Source: Candidatus Wolfebacteria bacterium RIFOXYD12_FULL_48_21
GTDB lineage: Bacteria > Patescibacteriota > Minisyncoccia > UBA6257 > UBA9933
Assembly: GCA_001793945.1 (NCBI GenBank)
Contig: MGIW01000004.1
Coordinates: forward strand, 26,843-90,842
Direction of reading: 5' to 3'
DNA: 64,000 nucleotides
Of the stretch, positions 37,056-46,776 are shown one piece after another. The notes under the pieces were generated by a model. It had not been told where the DNA came from and searched no databases. It saw nothing but the letters and a program-made list of their open reading frames with translations. The translations under genes were made by a program, and so were the position numbers. The stretch's first letter is position 1; the number at the start of each line of letters is the position of its first letter.

Positions 37056-40000
37056 ATGAATGGAGAAATATTCCAAACCGCATATAATAAACTAAATGCG
37101 CAACAAAAACATGCAGTAGACGCCATTGAAGGGCCGGTTATGGTCATCGCAGGGCCCGGCACGGGGAAAACGCAGATACTCACATTGCGCATTGCAAACA
37201 TTTTAAAAAAGACCGACACCGAGCCGGAGAATATTTTGGCACTTACCTTTACGGAGTCGGGAGTTGCCTCCATGCGTCGTCGTCTTATGGATATGATAGG
37301 CGGCCCGGCATATGCAACCGGTATCAGTACCTTCCATGGGTTCTGCAACGATATCATCGGAAGCTACCCGGAATATTTTCCGCGCATCATTGGCTCCGAG
37401 CCGGTGACCGATGTCGACCGCGTGCGCGTCATTGAGCGTGTTCTTGAGACCCTGCCACTCGAACTGCTGCGCCCCTACGGAGACCCGACCTATTATGTCG
37501 GGAAAATATTGTCATCGATAGACAAACTAAAACAAGAGGGTATTTCAACCGAACGCTTTGACGCAATCGTTGCGCAGGAATCGCATGCATTCGAAGGCAT
37601 CGAGGATCTCTATCACGACAAAGGAGCTCATAAGGGCAAGATGAAAGGGGCGTACCAGAAACAGCAGAAGAACATTAAAAAGGTGGACGAGCTGGCCGTG
37701 CTCTATAGGAACTACGAACAAGCGCTGAACGAGCAAAAATGGTACGACTATGCGGACATGATCATGGAGGTGCTTGGCGTGCTGGAACGCGATGCGAACC
37801 TACTGTTATTATTGCAGGAACAATACCACTATGTGTTGGTGGACGAACACCAGGACACGAACAATGCGCAAAACCGCATCGTTGAATTACTGTGTGGATT
37901 TCATCAAAACCCGAACATATTTGTGGTGGGCGATGAAAAACAGGCCATTTATCGTTTTCAAGGAGCATCGCTTGAGAACTTTCTTTATTTTCAAAAACTC
38001 TATCCATCTGCGGAGTTGATCATACTGGAAGAGAACTATCGATCCACGCAGATCATTCTCGATGCCGCACATGGCATCATTTCCGGGAAAAAAGAGTTGC
38101 GGGCGAATGCACCGCACGAAGCAAAGCCGATCCGCATCGGTGCGTTTACGACCGAAGACGCGGAATGGTATGGCGTTGCAAAAGATATCAAGGAGCGTAT
38201 GGCGCACGGAGTGGCGCCGGATACTATTGCAATCCTCTACAGAAACAACCGCGATGCGTTCCTTTTATTGGAAATGCTTGAACGCATGGAAGTCCCTGCC
38301 GTCATAGAATCGGACCAGGATATCTTACGGGATAACGAGATTGGAAAATTGGTTTGCATATTGCGTGCGGTCAATGGCTTCGGCTTGCCTGAAGACCTCA
38401 TTGGAATGTTGCACATTGATTTTCTTGGGGTTGAACCGCTTGATCTGTACAAATGCATCGAATACGCAAATCGTAACCGCACATCGATCTACGATGTACT
38501 GCGTTCCGGGCACTTGCTAAAAGACGAAACCCTACGACTGGAACGGCCGGATGTGTTGCAAACCATGTATGGCAACATGGTGCGTTGGAACGCGGCGGCA
38601 AAGAACAAGGGGTTGGCGGAGAGCGTGGAGGTAATCATGCGCGAATCGGGATTGTTGGCGCATATCCTTGCGGGATCGGAACCGGTGGAAAAGATGGAAA
38701 AACTTACGGCATTTTTTGATGAAATAAAAAAATTGATCGAATCAAATCGAAATGCGAAACTTGCGGATCTGTTCGTTCATTTGGATACCATGGAGCGCCA
38801 CGGATTGACAATAAAGAGAAGTATTGGCGGTTACGGAACGGGAAAGGTGCATTTGATGACGGCACATCGCTCGAAGGGTCTTGAATTTGATCATGTGTAC
38901 ATCGTCAATGCGTTCGACACGCACTGGGGAAATAAGAAAAACAGGGAGTTGTTAAAATTGCCCATGGCCGTATTTGCGCGCGCAGATAAACCCCTTCAAG
39001 AAGATGACGATGAGAATGCCGATGAACGAAGGCTGTTTTATGTGGCGCTGACGCGTGCAAAACAAACGGCGACAGTAACATATGCGAAAGAGAACGCACG
39101 CAAGCGCGTACTCTTGCCATCGCTCTTCATAGGAGAACTGCGGGGAGATCTTTGCGAACCCATGGAAACGAAATCGTATGAGCAAGATATGCTAACGCAT
39201 AAAGAGTTGCTGTTCACGCCGCGCACGATCGCGGCGGTGGATATCCGCGATAAGGAATATATCAAGGAGCTGTTTATGCGTAACGGCCTTTCTGCGACCG
39301 CCCTGAACAACTATTTGGTCTGCCCATGGCGCTATTTCTATTCGAACCTCTTGCGTATCCCGGGGGCGCCGGAAAAGCATCAGATGTTCGGGACGGCGGT
39401 CCATAATGCACTCCAGGATTTTTTCAATGCGCTCGCCGAGCGCGGCGCGGACAAGCAATTTCTTTTGGATAAGTTTATGTATCACCTGGGGAGGCAATCG
39501 CTTTCAGGGAGGGATTTTGAGGATGCGAAGAAAAAAGGGCTAATGGCGCTTGAAGGGTATTATGATACCTACCATCAAACATGGCGGGGGAATGTACTTA
39601 CCGAGTATGCGGTAAGCGATGTCATGATAACGCCGGAGATTCGCTTGACCGGCAAGATAGACAAGATCGAATTTCTTGACGCGGGAAACAAAGTGAATGT
39701 AGTGGACTACAAAACGGGAAAGCCGAAGTCGCGCAACCAGATAGAGGGCAAAGCAAAAGAAGCGGAAGGGGATGAAGAACATGAGGCGCAGAACGAGGGC
39801 GGGGGGATAAAGCGGCAGCTAATCTTCTATAAGATACTCTTGGATCGTCAAGGAAAATATGCCATGGTTTCGGCGGATGTCGATTTTATAGAGCCCATGT
39901 CGAGTGGAAAATATAAGAAAGAAATGTTTGAGGTGACGCCGGAAGAGGTCACTGCGCTGGAAAAGGATATCGTGCGAGTGGGGGCGGAAATTCTGGAAGG

Positions 40001-40070
40001 GGTCTTTTGGGAAAAACGATGCACCGATCCGAAGTGCGAGTATTGTGAACTGCGTGATATGATGAAATAA
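37056..40070 (+). CDS. UvrD/PcrA-type SF1 helicase fused to C-terminal PD-(D/E)xK nuclease with Cas4/AddB-like Fe-S cluster cysteines
   Basis: Walker A AGPGTGKTQIL, motif II VLVDEHQD, helicase motifs through about residue 650; C-terminus has C-x-W (CPWRYF), VVDYKTGKPK nuclease motif and CTDPKCEYC; TATAAT 10 nt upstream. Confidence 0.88.
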   Translation: MNGEIFQTAYNKLNAQQKHAVDAIEGPVMVIAGPGTGKTQILTLRIANILKKTDTEPENILALTFTESGVASMRRRLMDMIGGPAYATGISTFHGFCNDIIGSYPEYFPRIIGSEPVTDVDRVRVIERVLETLPLELLRPYGDPTYYVGKILSSIDKLKQEGISTERFDAIVAQESHAFEGIEDLYHDKGAHKGKMKGAYQKQQKNIKKVDELAVLYRNYEQALNEQKWYDYADMIMEVLGVLERDANLLLLLQEQYHYVLVDEHQDTNNAQNRIVELLCGFHQNPNIFVVGDEKQAIYRFQGASLENFLYFQKLYPSAELIILEENYRSTQIILDAAHGIISGKKELRANAPHEAKPIRIGAFTTEDAEWYGVAKDIKERMAHGVAPDTIAILYRNNRDAFLLLEMLERMEVPAVIESDQDILRDNEIGKLVCILRAVNGFGLPEDLIGMLHIDFLGVEPLDLYKCIEYANRNRTSIYDVLRSGHLLKDETLRLERPDVLQTMYGNMVRWNAAAKNKGLAESVEVIMRESGLLAHILAGSEPVEKMEKLTAFFDEIKKLIESNRNAKLADLFVHLDTMERHGLTIKRSIGGYGTGKVHLMTAHRSKGLEFDHVYIVNAFDTHWGNKKNRELLKLPMAVFARADKPLQEDDDENADERRLFYVALTRAKQTATVTYAKENARKRVLLPSLFIGELRGDLCEPMETKSYEQDMLTHKELLFTPRTIAAVDIRDKEYIKELFMRNGLSATALNNYLVCPWRYFYSNLLRIPGAPEKHQMFGTAVHNALQDFFNALAERGADKQFLLDKFMYHLGRQSLSGRDFEDAKKKGLMALEGYYDTYHQTWRGNVLTEYAVSDVMITPEIRLTGKIDKIEFLDAGNKVNVVDYKTGKPKSRNQIEGKAKEAEGDEEHEAQNEGGGIKRQLIFYKILLDRQGKYAMVSADVDFIEPMSSGKYKKEMFEVTPEEVTALEKDIVRVGAEILEGVFWEKRCTDPKCEYCELRDMMK

Positions 40071-40092
40071 ACAATGGATTGTGGTATACTAT

Positions 40093-40575
40093 ATGCATAT
40101 GGCAAGATCACAAACAATGGCGCTGTTTCTGTTGCGCGTAACGCTTGGGTTTTTGTTTCTGTATGCGGGCATCGCGAAGATCATAGATCCGGCATGGACA
40201 TCGGCCGGGTATCTTATGGGCGCGCAAACAATGACAGGGTTTTATCACTGGCTCGCCGCATCGCAATTTATGCCGTTCGTTGATGCATTAAACAAATGGG
40301 GCCTGTTTCTTATCGGGGCGGCGCTTGTGCTTGGCATTGCCACGCGAACCGCGGCGGTACTGGCAAGCATGCTCATGATCTTATATTACCTGCCGGTGTT
40401 AAACTTTCCGTATGCCGGGGCGCATGGCTACATTGTCGATGAACACATTATCTATATAGCCGGTTTGATTGTAGTGATCGTATTTCGAGCCGGAAGGTGC
40501 TGGGGTATCGACGGCATGCTCGCGCGCTCCCGAAAAGTTTCGGCATCGATGAAAAAATGTTCATGGTGCAAATAA
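40093..40575 (+). CDS. DoxX-family membrane protein
   Basis: LLRVTLGFLFLYAGIAKI DoxX signature; GGTATACT immediately upstream. Confidence 0.8.
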   Translation: MHMARSQTMALFLLRVTLGFLFLYAGIAKIIDPAWTSAGYLMGAQTMTGFYHWLAASQFMPFVDALNKWGLFLIGAALVLGIATRTAAVLASMLMILYYLPVLNFPYAGAHGYIVDEHIIYIAGLIVVIVFRAGRCWGIDGMLARSRKVSASMKKCSWCK

Positions 40576-40576
40576 A

Positions 40577-40606
40577 AAAACCGCCCCATAATGGGGCGGT
40601 TTTTTG
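40577..40606. terminator. Bidirectional rho-independent terminator
   Basis: aaaaaaaccgccccataatggggcggtttttt. Confidence 0.85.
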
Positions 40607-40678
40607 ACAACGCATATGCGCATATGAGATTATGAAGACAGCTCCACATATGATATAAAAATAAAAGAGGAGGAAGCG

Positions 40679-41299
40679 ATGGGTAAAGCATGGATCTTTG
40701 ATCTGGATGGTACGCTCGTACGCACGCAAACGGAGTTTCACGCGACGGCAGAAACGGAGGTTTTAAAAGAGTGCGGCATTATAGTGAACCCGGAGGATAT
40801 AACGGTACGCTTTTCTGGCGTGCACACACTGGAAGTGTTCCGACAGTTGGCGCCACATTGTGATGCGCATGAATTGCTTGCTGAGAAGTGGAAGTACATG
40901 ATACGCCTTGCGAATACCAAGCCAATTCATCCAATCGAATGCGCGCCACAACTGATTCATCGGTTGTATACGCGCGGTGTTCCCATGGGCATAGCTTCGG
41001 CATCGCCGACGGCATGGATAGTTAGGTGTCTGACGAGTATTCGCGCGACCCCATACTTCACATGTCACGCCTCGGTTGATGAGGTTGCGCAGGGGAAGCC
41101 GGCGCCGGATGTGTTCTTGCTTGCTGCAAAACGCATGGAAGTCGACGCGGCAGACTGCGTAGCCGTGGAAGACGGGGAGGCAGGCGTCTACGCCGCACTG
41201 GCGGCCGGCATGCAGACCTTTTGGCTTACCGAAAGCGATAAGGTGATTCCCGGAGCGGTAAAGATCGATTCGCTCGTGCAGCTCATCGCCGCCCTCTAA
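40679..41299 (+). CDS. HAD-superfamily hydrolase (subfamily IA, beta-phosphoglucomutase-like)
   Basis: DLDGTLV motif I, S/T motif II, K and (G)DG(E) motif IV; strong SD aggagg. Confidence 0.85.
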   Translation: MGKAWIFDLDGTLVRTQTEFHATAETEVLKECGIIVNPEDITVRFSGVHTLEVFRQLAPHCDAHELLAEKWKYMIRLANTKPIHPIECAPQLIHRLYTRGVPMGIASASPTAWIVRCLTSIRATPYFTCHASVDEVAQGKPAPDVFLLAAKRMEVDAADCVAVEDGEAGVYAALAAGMQTFWLTESDKVIPGAVKIDSLVQLIAAL

Positions 41300-41319
41300 C
41301 TCCCGTACTTCGTTACGGC

Positions 41320-41344
41320 AAAACCCGCTTCGGCGGGTTTTTTA
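41320..41344 (+). terminator. Rho-independent terminator
   Basis: aaacccgcttcggcgggtttttt. Confidence 0.8.
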
Positions 41345-41363
41345 CGGGTGCACGAGTAAGGTC

Positions 41364-41392
41364 TTTACACTTTCCACCATTTCCGATATAAT
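41364..41392 (+). promoter_or_regulatory. Promoter TTTACA-17-TATAAT driving the structured RNA / typA leader
   Basis: Consensus spacing; predicted TSS about 41399. Confidence 0.5.
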
Positions 41393-41398
41393 GGTAAC

Positions 41399-41614
41399 TC
41401 AATTAATAAACGTTGCCCTGAGTGCCCGTTCGGAATCTAATGCCTAGCCAGAATTATAAAATTTTGAGCGAAAGCCGCTAATTTCGAGGAAGCATATCGA
41501 GATACGCTGACGGAGAATTAACGGCTTGCAGCCAAAATTTTGACATTCTGGCAGGCAAGCATGCATGTAATTCCACATGCGGTTAGATTACGAGCGGGCA
41601 CTATGGGCTTTTTT
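41399..41614 (+). ncRNA. Candidate structured RNA (6S-like long irregular hairpin or typA cis-regulatory leader) ending in a U-run 2 nt before the typA ATG
   Basis: Nested long-range stems: 41415-41443 pairs with 41578-41608; 41447-41470 pairs with 41528-41552; central near-palindrome gcatatcgagatacgc; T6 at 41609-41614. Confidence 0.35.
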
Positions 41615-41616
41615 AT

Positions 41617-43401
41617 ATGGAAATCCGCAATATTGCGATCATCGCACACGTAGACCACGGCAAAACAACACTTACCGATGCCATCTTGAAACAAACAGGG
41701 GCCGCCGCCGAGGGGGTCAGTATGGATAGCAATACGCTCGAAAAGGAGCGTGGCATTACCATCTACGCAAAAAACGCGTCCGTCATGTACAAGGGAACGA
41801 AGATCAATATTGTGGACACCCCGGGTCACGCCGACTTCGGTTCCGAGGTTGAGCGCGTATTGCGCTCAATCGACTCCGTATTATTGGTCGTCGACGCACA
41901 AGAAGGCCCGATGCCGCAGACCAGATTCGTACTGAAAAAGTCCCTCGAGCTCGGACTACAGCCAATCGTAATCATCAACAAAATAGACAAGCCGGCTGCA
42001 AATCCTGCGGCAGCGCACGAAATGGTACTGGAATTGTTTATGGACCTTGGCGCGACCGATAAGCAGCTCAATTTTACGACCGTTTACGCGATCGGCCGCG
42101 AAGGAATAGCAAAAAAGAATCTTGAAGACGATTCGAAGGATCTCGTACCACTTTTGGATGTGATCATCGATGAGGTGCATCCAAGTCACATGCGTGACGA
42201 TCTTCCGTTCCGCGCACAGCCGTTCAACCTCGCCTACGACAATTTTTTGGGCCGTCTTGCGATAGCACGCGTGTATGAAGGCACGGTAAAGGTGGGCGAG
42301 ACCATCACTATAAAAAAACCGACCGGCGAAATCCGCGCCGGCAAGATAACCAAACTCTTTACATTCAAAGGGCTGGAGCGTATTGATTCCCCGTCGGTCA
42401 GCTCGGGCGATATTGTAATGATCGCCGGATTGGCGAACATCGACATTGGCGAAACGCTTTGCGCGAACCCTACGCAGGAAGCATTGCCGGCGATCGCCAT
42501 CGACGAGCCAACCATCTCTCTAAACTTTTTGGTCAATGACTCTCCGTTCGCAGGGAAAGAGGGCAAGTTTGTAACGACCCGGCAGATCAAAGAGCGTCTC
42601 GAAAAGGAGCTCGAGGTAAATGTAGGCTTGAAAGTTGACTTCATGGAGGGCGAGAGTTTCAAGGTGTATGGGCGCGGCGAAATGCACATAGCAATTCTGC
42701 TCGAGAACATGCGTCGCGAAGGTTTCGAACTGCAGGTATCCCAACCGCAGGTTGTTATGCATGAAGAAAACGGACACCGCATGGAACCGTTCGAGGAGGT
42801 TGTTATTGATGTGCCGGAAAAGATGGCTGGTGTGGTCATTGAAACGCTGGGTAAGCGTCGCGGCATCATGACGCAGATGAAGCAGGTAGAAAGCTATACG
42901 CGTCTGTTGTTCGAGATCCCTACGCGCGGATTGCTCGGTTACCGTGGCCAGTTCACCATAGATACGCGCGGTGAAGGTATTTTGTGCAGCCGTTTCATCG
43001 GCTTCCGCCCGCATGCGGGAGAGATCGTAAAAACGGAACTCGGTTCCATGATATCCATGGTAACCGGCAAGGCGCTGGCATTTTCATTGGCCAACCTGCA
43101 GGATCGCGGAACATTGTTCATTGAAGCAAATACCGAGGTCTACGAAGGCATGGTTATCGGCAATACATCAAAAGGAAATGACATGACGGTGAACCCGATC
43201 AAAGGAAAGCAGCTTACAAACATGCGCGCATCCCGCGCGGACGAAGCGATTCAGCTGGTTCCACCATTGACGGTAACGCTTGAGCGCGGGCTTGAAGTGA
43301 TGGCCGAAGATGAATATCTGGAAGTGACCCCGAAAAGCATTCGGTTGCGCAAGCAAAGCTTGAACGAGACCGATCGATCTAAGGCATCAAAGAAGAAATA
43401 A
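41617..43401 (+). CDS. typA: Translational GTPase TypA/BipA
   Basis: AHVDHGKTTL G1, DTPGH G3, NKID G4 and EF-G-like domain order. Confidence 0.95.
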   Translation: MEIRNIAIIAHVDHGKTTLTDAILKQTGAAAEGVSMDSNTLEKERGITIYAKNASVMYKGTKINIVDTPGHADFGSEVERVLRSIDSVLLVVDAQEGPMPQTRFVLKKSLELGLQPIVIINKIDKPAANPAAAHEMVLELFMDLGATDKQLNFTTVYAIGREGIAKKNLEDDSKDLVPLLDVIIDEVHPSHMRDDLPFRAQPFNLAYDNFLGRLAIARVYEGTVKVGETITIKKPTGEIRAGKITKLFTFKGLERIDSPSVSSGDIVMIAGLANIDIGETLCANPTQEALPAIAIDEPTISLNFLVNDSPFAGKEGKFVTTRQIKERLEKELEVNVGLKVDFMEGESFKVYGRGEMHIAILLENMRREGFELQVSQPQVVMHEENGHRMEPFEEVVIDVPEKMAGVVIETLGKRRGIMTQMKQVESYTRLLFEIPTRGLLGYRGQFTIDTRGEGILCSRFIGFRPHAGEIVKTELGSMISMVTGKALAFSLANLQDRGTLFIEANTEVYEGMVIGNTSKGNDMTVNPIKGKQLTNMRASRADEAIQLVPPLTVTLERGLEVMAEDEYLEVTPKSIRLRKQSLNETDRSKASKKK

Positions 43402-43463
43402 CATTGCGCAAAGGCGCCCGCGTTCGCTATAATGGATAAAAAGTTAACCGCAAAAACGAAACT

Positions 43464-44105
43464 ATGAATTACAAGGAAGGCATGGCGGTGGCGATATTTC
43501 TTGCGCTGCTCGTTATTGGATTTGGCATGTATGGAAAATTGGACATAGCGCAACAAAAACCGACAATACCACAAAAGGAAACGCAACTCAGCTCACCAAA
43601 AACGACAAAAACAACTATGGAAACAAACGCTCGCATTGAAGTCACATTGCAGACATCAGAGGGTCCGATCGTCATAGCGCTAAACGGCGATCAAACGCCA
43701 AAAACGGTGGAAAACTTCGTGACGCTCACGAAAAAAGGCTTTTATAACGGAACGGTATTCCATCGGGCGATTAGCGGATTTATGATCCAGGGCGGCGACC
43801 CGAAAGGCGACGGTACGGGCGGACCCGGCTACACATTTGCAGATGAGCCGTTTACCGGAGAGTACTTGCGGGGTACGGTAGCCATGGCAAATGCAGGCCC
43901 GAACACGAATGGCAGTCAATTCTTCATCATGCACGCGGATTATCCGTTGCCGAAAAATTACACGATCTTTGGTCGCGTAGTGCAGGGCATGGACACGGTA
44001 GACAAAATAGCCGGCGCTCCGGTAACCCCGAATCAATTCACCGGTGAACCGTCTAAGCCGGTAAACCCGGTAACGATCATCAGCGCGACGGTCACAGAAA
44101 AATAA
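43464..44105 (+). CDS. Cyclophilin-type peptidyl-prolyl cis-trans isomerase with N-terminal membrane anchor
   Basis: FHRAISGFMIQGGDP and GTVAMANAGPNTNGSQFFI cyclophilin motifs. Confidence 0.92.
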   Translation: MNYKEGMAVAIFLALLVIGFGMYGKLDIAQQKPTIPQKETQLSSPKTTKTTMETNARIEVTLQTSEGPIVIALNGDQTPKTVENFVTLTKKGFYNGTVFHRAISGFMIQGGDPKGDGTGGPGYTFADEPFTGEYLRGTVAMANAGPNTNGSQFFIMHADYPLPKNYTIFGRVVQGMDTVDKIAGAPVTPNQFTGEPSKPVNPVTIISATVTEK

Positions 44106-44121
44106 CATATAATTATCGTCT

Positions 44122-44370
44122 ATGTTCGAATCTTTCAAACAACTGAAACAGCTTAAGGAATTGCAAAGTGCAATCCAAAAGGAGGAAATTGCCGTGGAGC
44201 GCGACGGCGTGCGCATCGTTATGAACGGCGCATTTGAGGTAAAGGAAGTGGCGATACCCGCCGATCTTTCAGGAAGCAAGCTTGAAGCGGTCATGCGCGA
44301 CGCGTTCAACGATGCAGTCAAAAAAGCACAGCAGGCGATAGCCGGAAGATTTGCCTCGATGCAAAAATAA
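44122..44370 (+). CDS. YbaB/EbfC-family nucleoid-associated protein
   Basis: 82 aa with the M...LKELQSAIQ..E.. / V.MNG..EV..V.I YbaB pattern. Confidence 0.75.
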   Translation: MFESFKQLKQLKELQSAIQKEEIAVERDGVRIVMNGAFEVKEVAIPADLSGSKLEAVMRDAFNDAVKKAQQAIAGRFASMQK

Positions 44371-44394
44371 TGGGTGCAAAATATCAACTTAAAA

Positions 44395-44422
44395 ATAACG
44401 CAATGACATGCGTTGTTTTTTT
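44395..44422 (+). terminator. Rho-independent terminator
   Basis: aacgcaatgacatgcgttgttttttt. Confidence 0.7.
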
Positions 44423-44504
44423 ATTATGCACATTTTGTGATTACCGTGGATATAAAAATGGTGTATACTTTATGGATAAGAGACGCCAATAGTATGCAGC
44501 GCAC

Positions 44505-46769
44505 ATGAAATTACGCATGTCTATAAAAACGAAGGTTATTATCGGTGTTGTCGTGACTACGGCATGCTTCGGCGTGCTTATGGCTATCACCGCAACGCGG
44601 GTGGCGGATCGGGTCATCACCGACATAGTATTAAAGCACACCGCAATGGTCGTCACGCAACAAAGGGATGTTATCGAGGGCGTGTTTGCGGATTCGATCG
44701 GTTTCGCGCGCAATATCAGTTTACAGCAACCAATTATAACATACTTACAACTATCCGATCCGCAAGAGCAAGATCCCACGCTACTTGCGCATTTAACCAA
44801 TAGCGATGCGAACAAGCACTACCAAGCGGTCTATGTCATGGACAAAGCAGGTAAAACACTTGTTTCTACCGATCCATCATTTGTCGGGCAAAATTATGCG
44901 TTCCGTACCTACTTCAAGGGGGCAATATCCGGCGCATCAACCGTAGATGCCGCTATCGGCGTAACCAGCGGCAAATTTGGTTATTATTTTTCGCATCCGG
45001 TAAAAGCGCCTTCGGGGGAGATTGTTGGCATAGTTGTGGCAAAATTAAAGGAAGACCTGATCACCGATGCATTGAGGCCCGACGACTTGAGCGCGGAGGG
45101 TAACGCGATACTCGTAGACAAATATGGCGTCGTAATACAGGCAAAGAAAAGAAATTTGCTTTTTAAAAGTTTGGGGAAGTTACCCCCAAATGTCCTTCGG
45201 GAAATAACGGAAGAGAAACGATTCGGAGGTATCGACATACAAGCCATGCATTACGACGAAGTCGCTCGCGAGATCGCGGGACTGGGGGAGTCGCGCGAAT
45301 TTATAGTATATGATCAGATGCATGCGCGCGATGAGCTGGTAGGAATGGCCCGCATACCTAATACTCCCTTTTTTATAGTCATAACGGAACTGCGCCAATT
45401 TTTTACGGAAGCAGCCGACAAGGCGGTACTTGGTATGGGGATATTTATTTTCGTAGCATCACTTGGCATGGGAATTGTGGTGACAATGCTGCTGCTGTTA
45501 GTGGTACGCCCGCTCCGCGCGTTGCGGGACTCATTACTGCAAACAGTAAAGGGAATCGGCGCGCAGCCACATATCATCAAAACAAGCGATGAGTTCGAAG
45601 ACATAAGCGCTACGCTCGCCGCGGCAATGAACCAAATCAAGAAAGCGCACGGGGCTATGGAAAATAAGCTATGGGAGCGCGCCGCGGATTTCGAAAAGTT
45701 CAAACTTGCCGTGGAAAGTGCCTCCGACCATATCATCATCACCGATATCGATGGGCATATTCTTTACGCAAATAAAGCAGCCGAAGCGACGACAGGATAT
45801 TCGCGCAATGAAATGATCGGCAACCGCCCGTCATTATGGGGGCGACAGATGAAAAAAGAGTTTTATGAAACGATGTGGTCTACCATAAAGGAACAAAGGC
45901 AGCCCTTTCATGCGGAAGTTACAAATCGTCGGAAAAACGGGGAGATCTATGAATCGGATATGCATATTGCTCCGCTCCTTACCGATAAGGGCGATGCGCG
46001 GGGCTTCGTAGGAATAGAACGCGATATTACGGCGCAAAAAAATGCAGATCGGGCGAAGACGGATTTTGTATCGATCGCGTCGCACCAATTGCGCACGCCG
46101 CTTGCGGCGATCAATTGGTATGTGGAAATGTTGTCAGATGAAGATGTCGGCCCGATCAATGCCATACAGCGTAAATATCTCGATCAGATCCATGTAGCGA
46201 GTGCGCGCATGGTCGAGTTGGTCAGCTCATTGTTAAGCGTATCCCGCATCGATACTGGATCGCTTCACTCGGAGCCGGCTCCGGCACTCCTGTCAGATAT
46301 AGCCGATTCTGTCATGGATGAACTGAGTCAATTCGCAGAAAAAAGACGCATCAGCGTCAATAAAGAGTATGCAAAAAATATGGGCACGATCAATGTTGAC
46401 CCAAATATGATGCGCGTAGTTCTTCAAAATTTGCTTTCGAATGCGCTCAAATATACGCCAGAAAAGGGGTCTGTTACGGTGTCCATAAAAAAGGTATATG
46501 GGCAAGCGGTCATAACCGTATCCGATACAGGTTACGGCATCCCTGCAAACCAGCAATCGCAGATTTTCACCAAATTCTTCCGCGCGGACAATGCCCGCAA
46601 AAAAGAGCCTGAGGGTAACGGCCTTGGTCTCTATATAACAAAATCGATCATCGACCATGTACGGGGAACAATAGGATTTGTATCTACGGAGGGAAAGGGA
46701 AGTACATTTCGCATAACACTTCCACTTCCGGGCGAGGTCGCAAAAACCAATAGGAAGGATCGCGCATAA
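44505..46769 (+). CDS. Sensor histidine kinase (TM - Cache-like periplasmic domain - TM/HAMP - PAS - HisKA - HATPase_c)
   Basis: PAS (DHIIITDIDGHILYANKAAEATTGY), H-box FVSIASHQLRTPL, N/G boxes NALKYT, GNGLGLYI. Confidence 0.9.
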   Translation: MKLRMSIKTKVIIGVVVTTACFGVLMAITATRVADRVITDIVLKHTAMVVTQQRDVIEGVFADSIGFARNISLQQPIITYLQLSDPQEQDPTLLAHLTNSDANKHYQAVYVMDKAGKTLVSTDPSFVGQNYAFRTYFKGAISGASTVDAAIGVTSGKFGYYFSHPVKAPSGEIVGIVVAKLKEDLITDALRPDDLSAEGNAILVDKYGVVIQAKKRNLLFKSLGKLPPNVLREITEEKRFGGIDIQAMHYDEVAREIAGLGESREFIVYDQMHARDELVGMARIPNTPFFIVITELRQFFTEAADKAVLGMGIFIFVASLGMGIVVTMLLLLVVRPLRALRDSLLQTVKGIGAQPHIIKTSDEFEDISATLAAAMNQIKKAHGAMENKLWERAADFEKFKLAVESASDHIIITDIDGHILYANKAAEATTGYSRNEMIGNRPSLWGRQMKKEFYETMWSTIKEQRQPFHAEVTNRRKNGEIYESDMHIAPLLTDKGDARGFVGIERDITAQKNADRAKTDFVSIASHQLRTPLAAINWYVEMLSDEDVGPINAIQRKYLDQIHVASARMVELVSSLLSVSRIDTGSLHSEPAPALLSDIADSVMDELSQFAEKRRISVNKEYAKNMGTINVDPNMMRVVLQNLLSNALKYTPEKGSVTVSIKKVYGQAVITVSDTGYGIPANQQSQIFTKFFRADNARKKEPEGNGLGLYITKSIIDHVRGTIGFVSTEGKGSTFRITLPLPGEVAKTNRKDRA

Positions 46770-46776
46770 TACCAAT

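Noticed and set aside
41399-41614. tmRNA or SRP RNA
   Set aside because: No tRNA-like acceptor/T-arm (GGTTCGANTCC), no ...ALAA-stop tag frame, and no SRP domain-IV GGAAGCAGCC motif in register; kept only as a generic structured-RNA candidate.
43402-43463. Terminator after typA
   Set aside because: No convincing GC hairpin plus T-run; the downstream PPIase has its own TATAAT, so termination here is unresolved.
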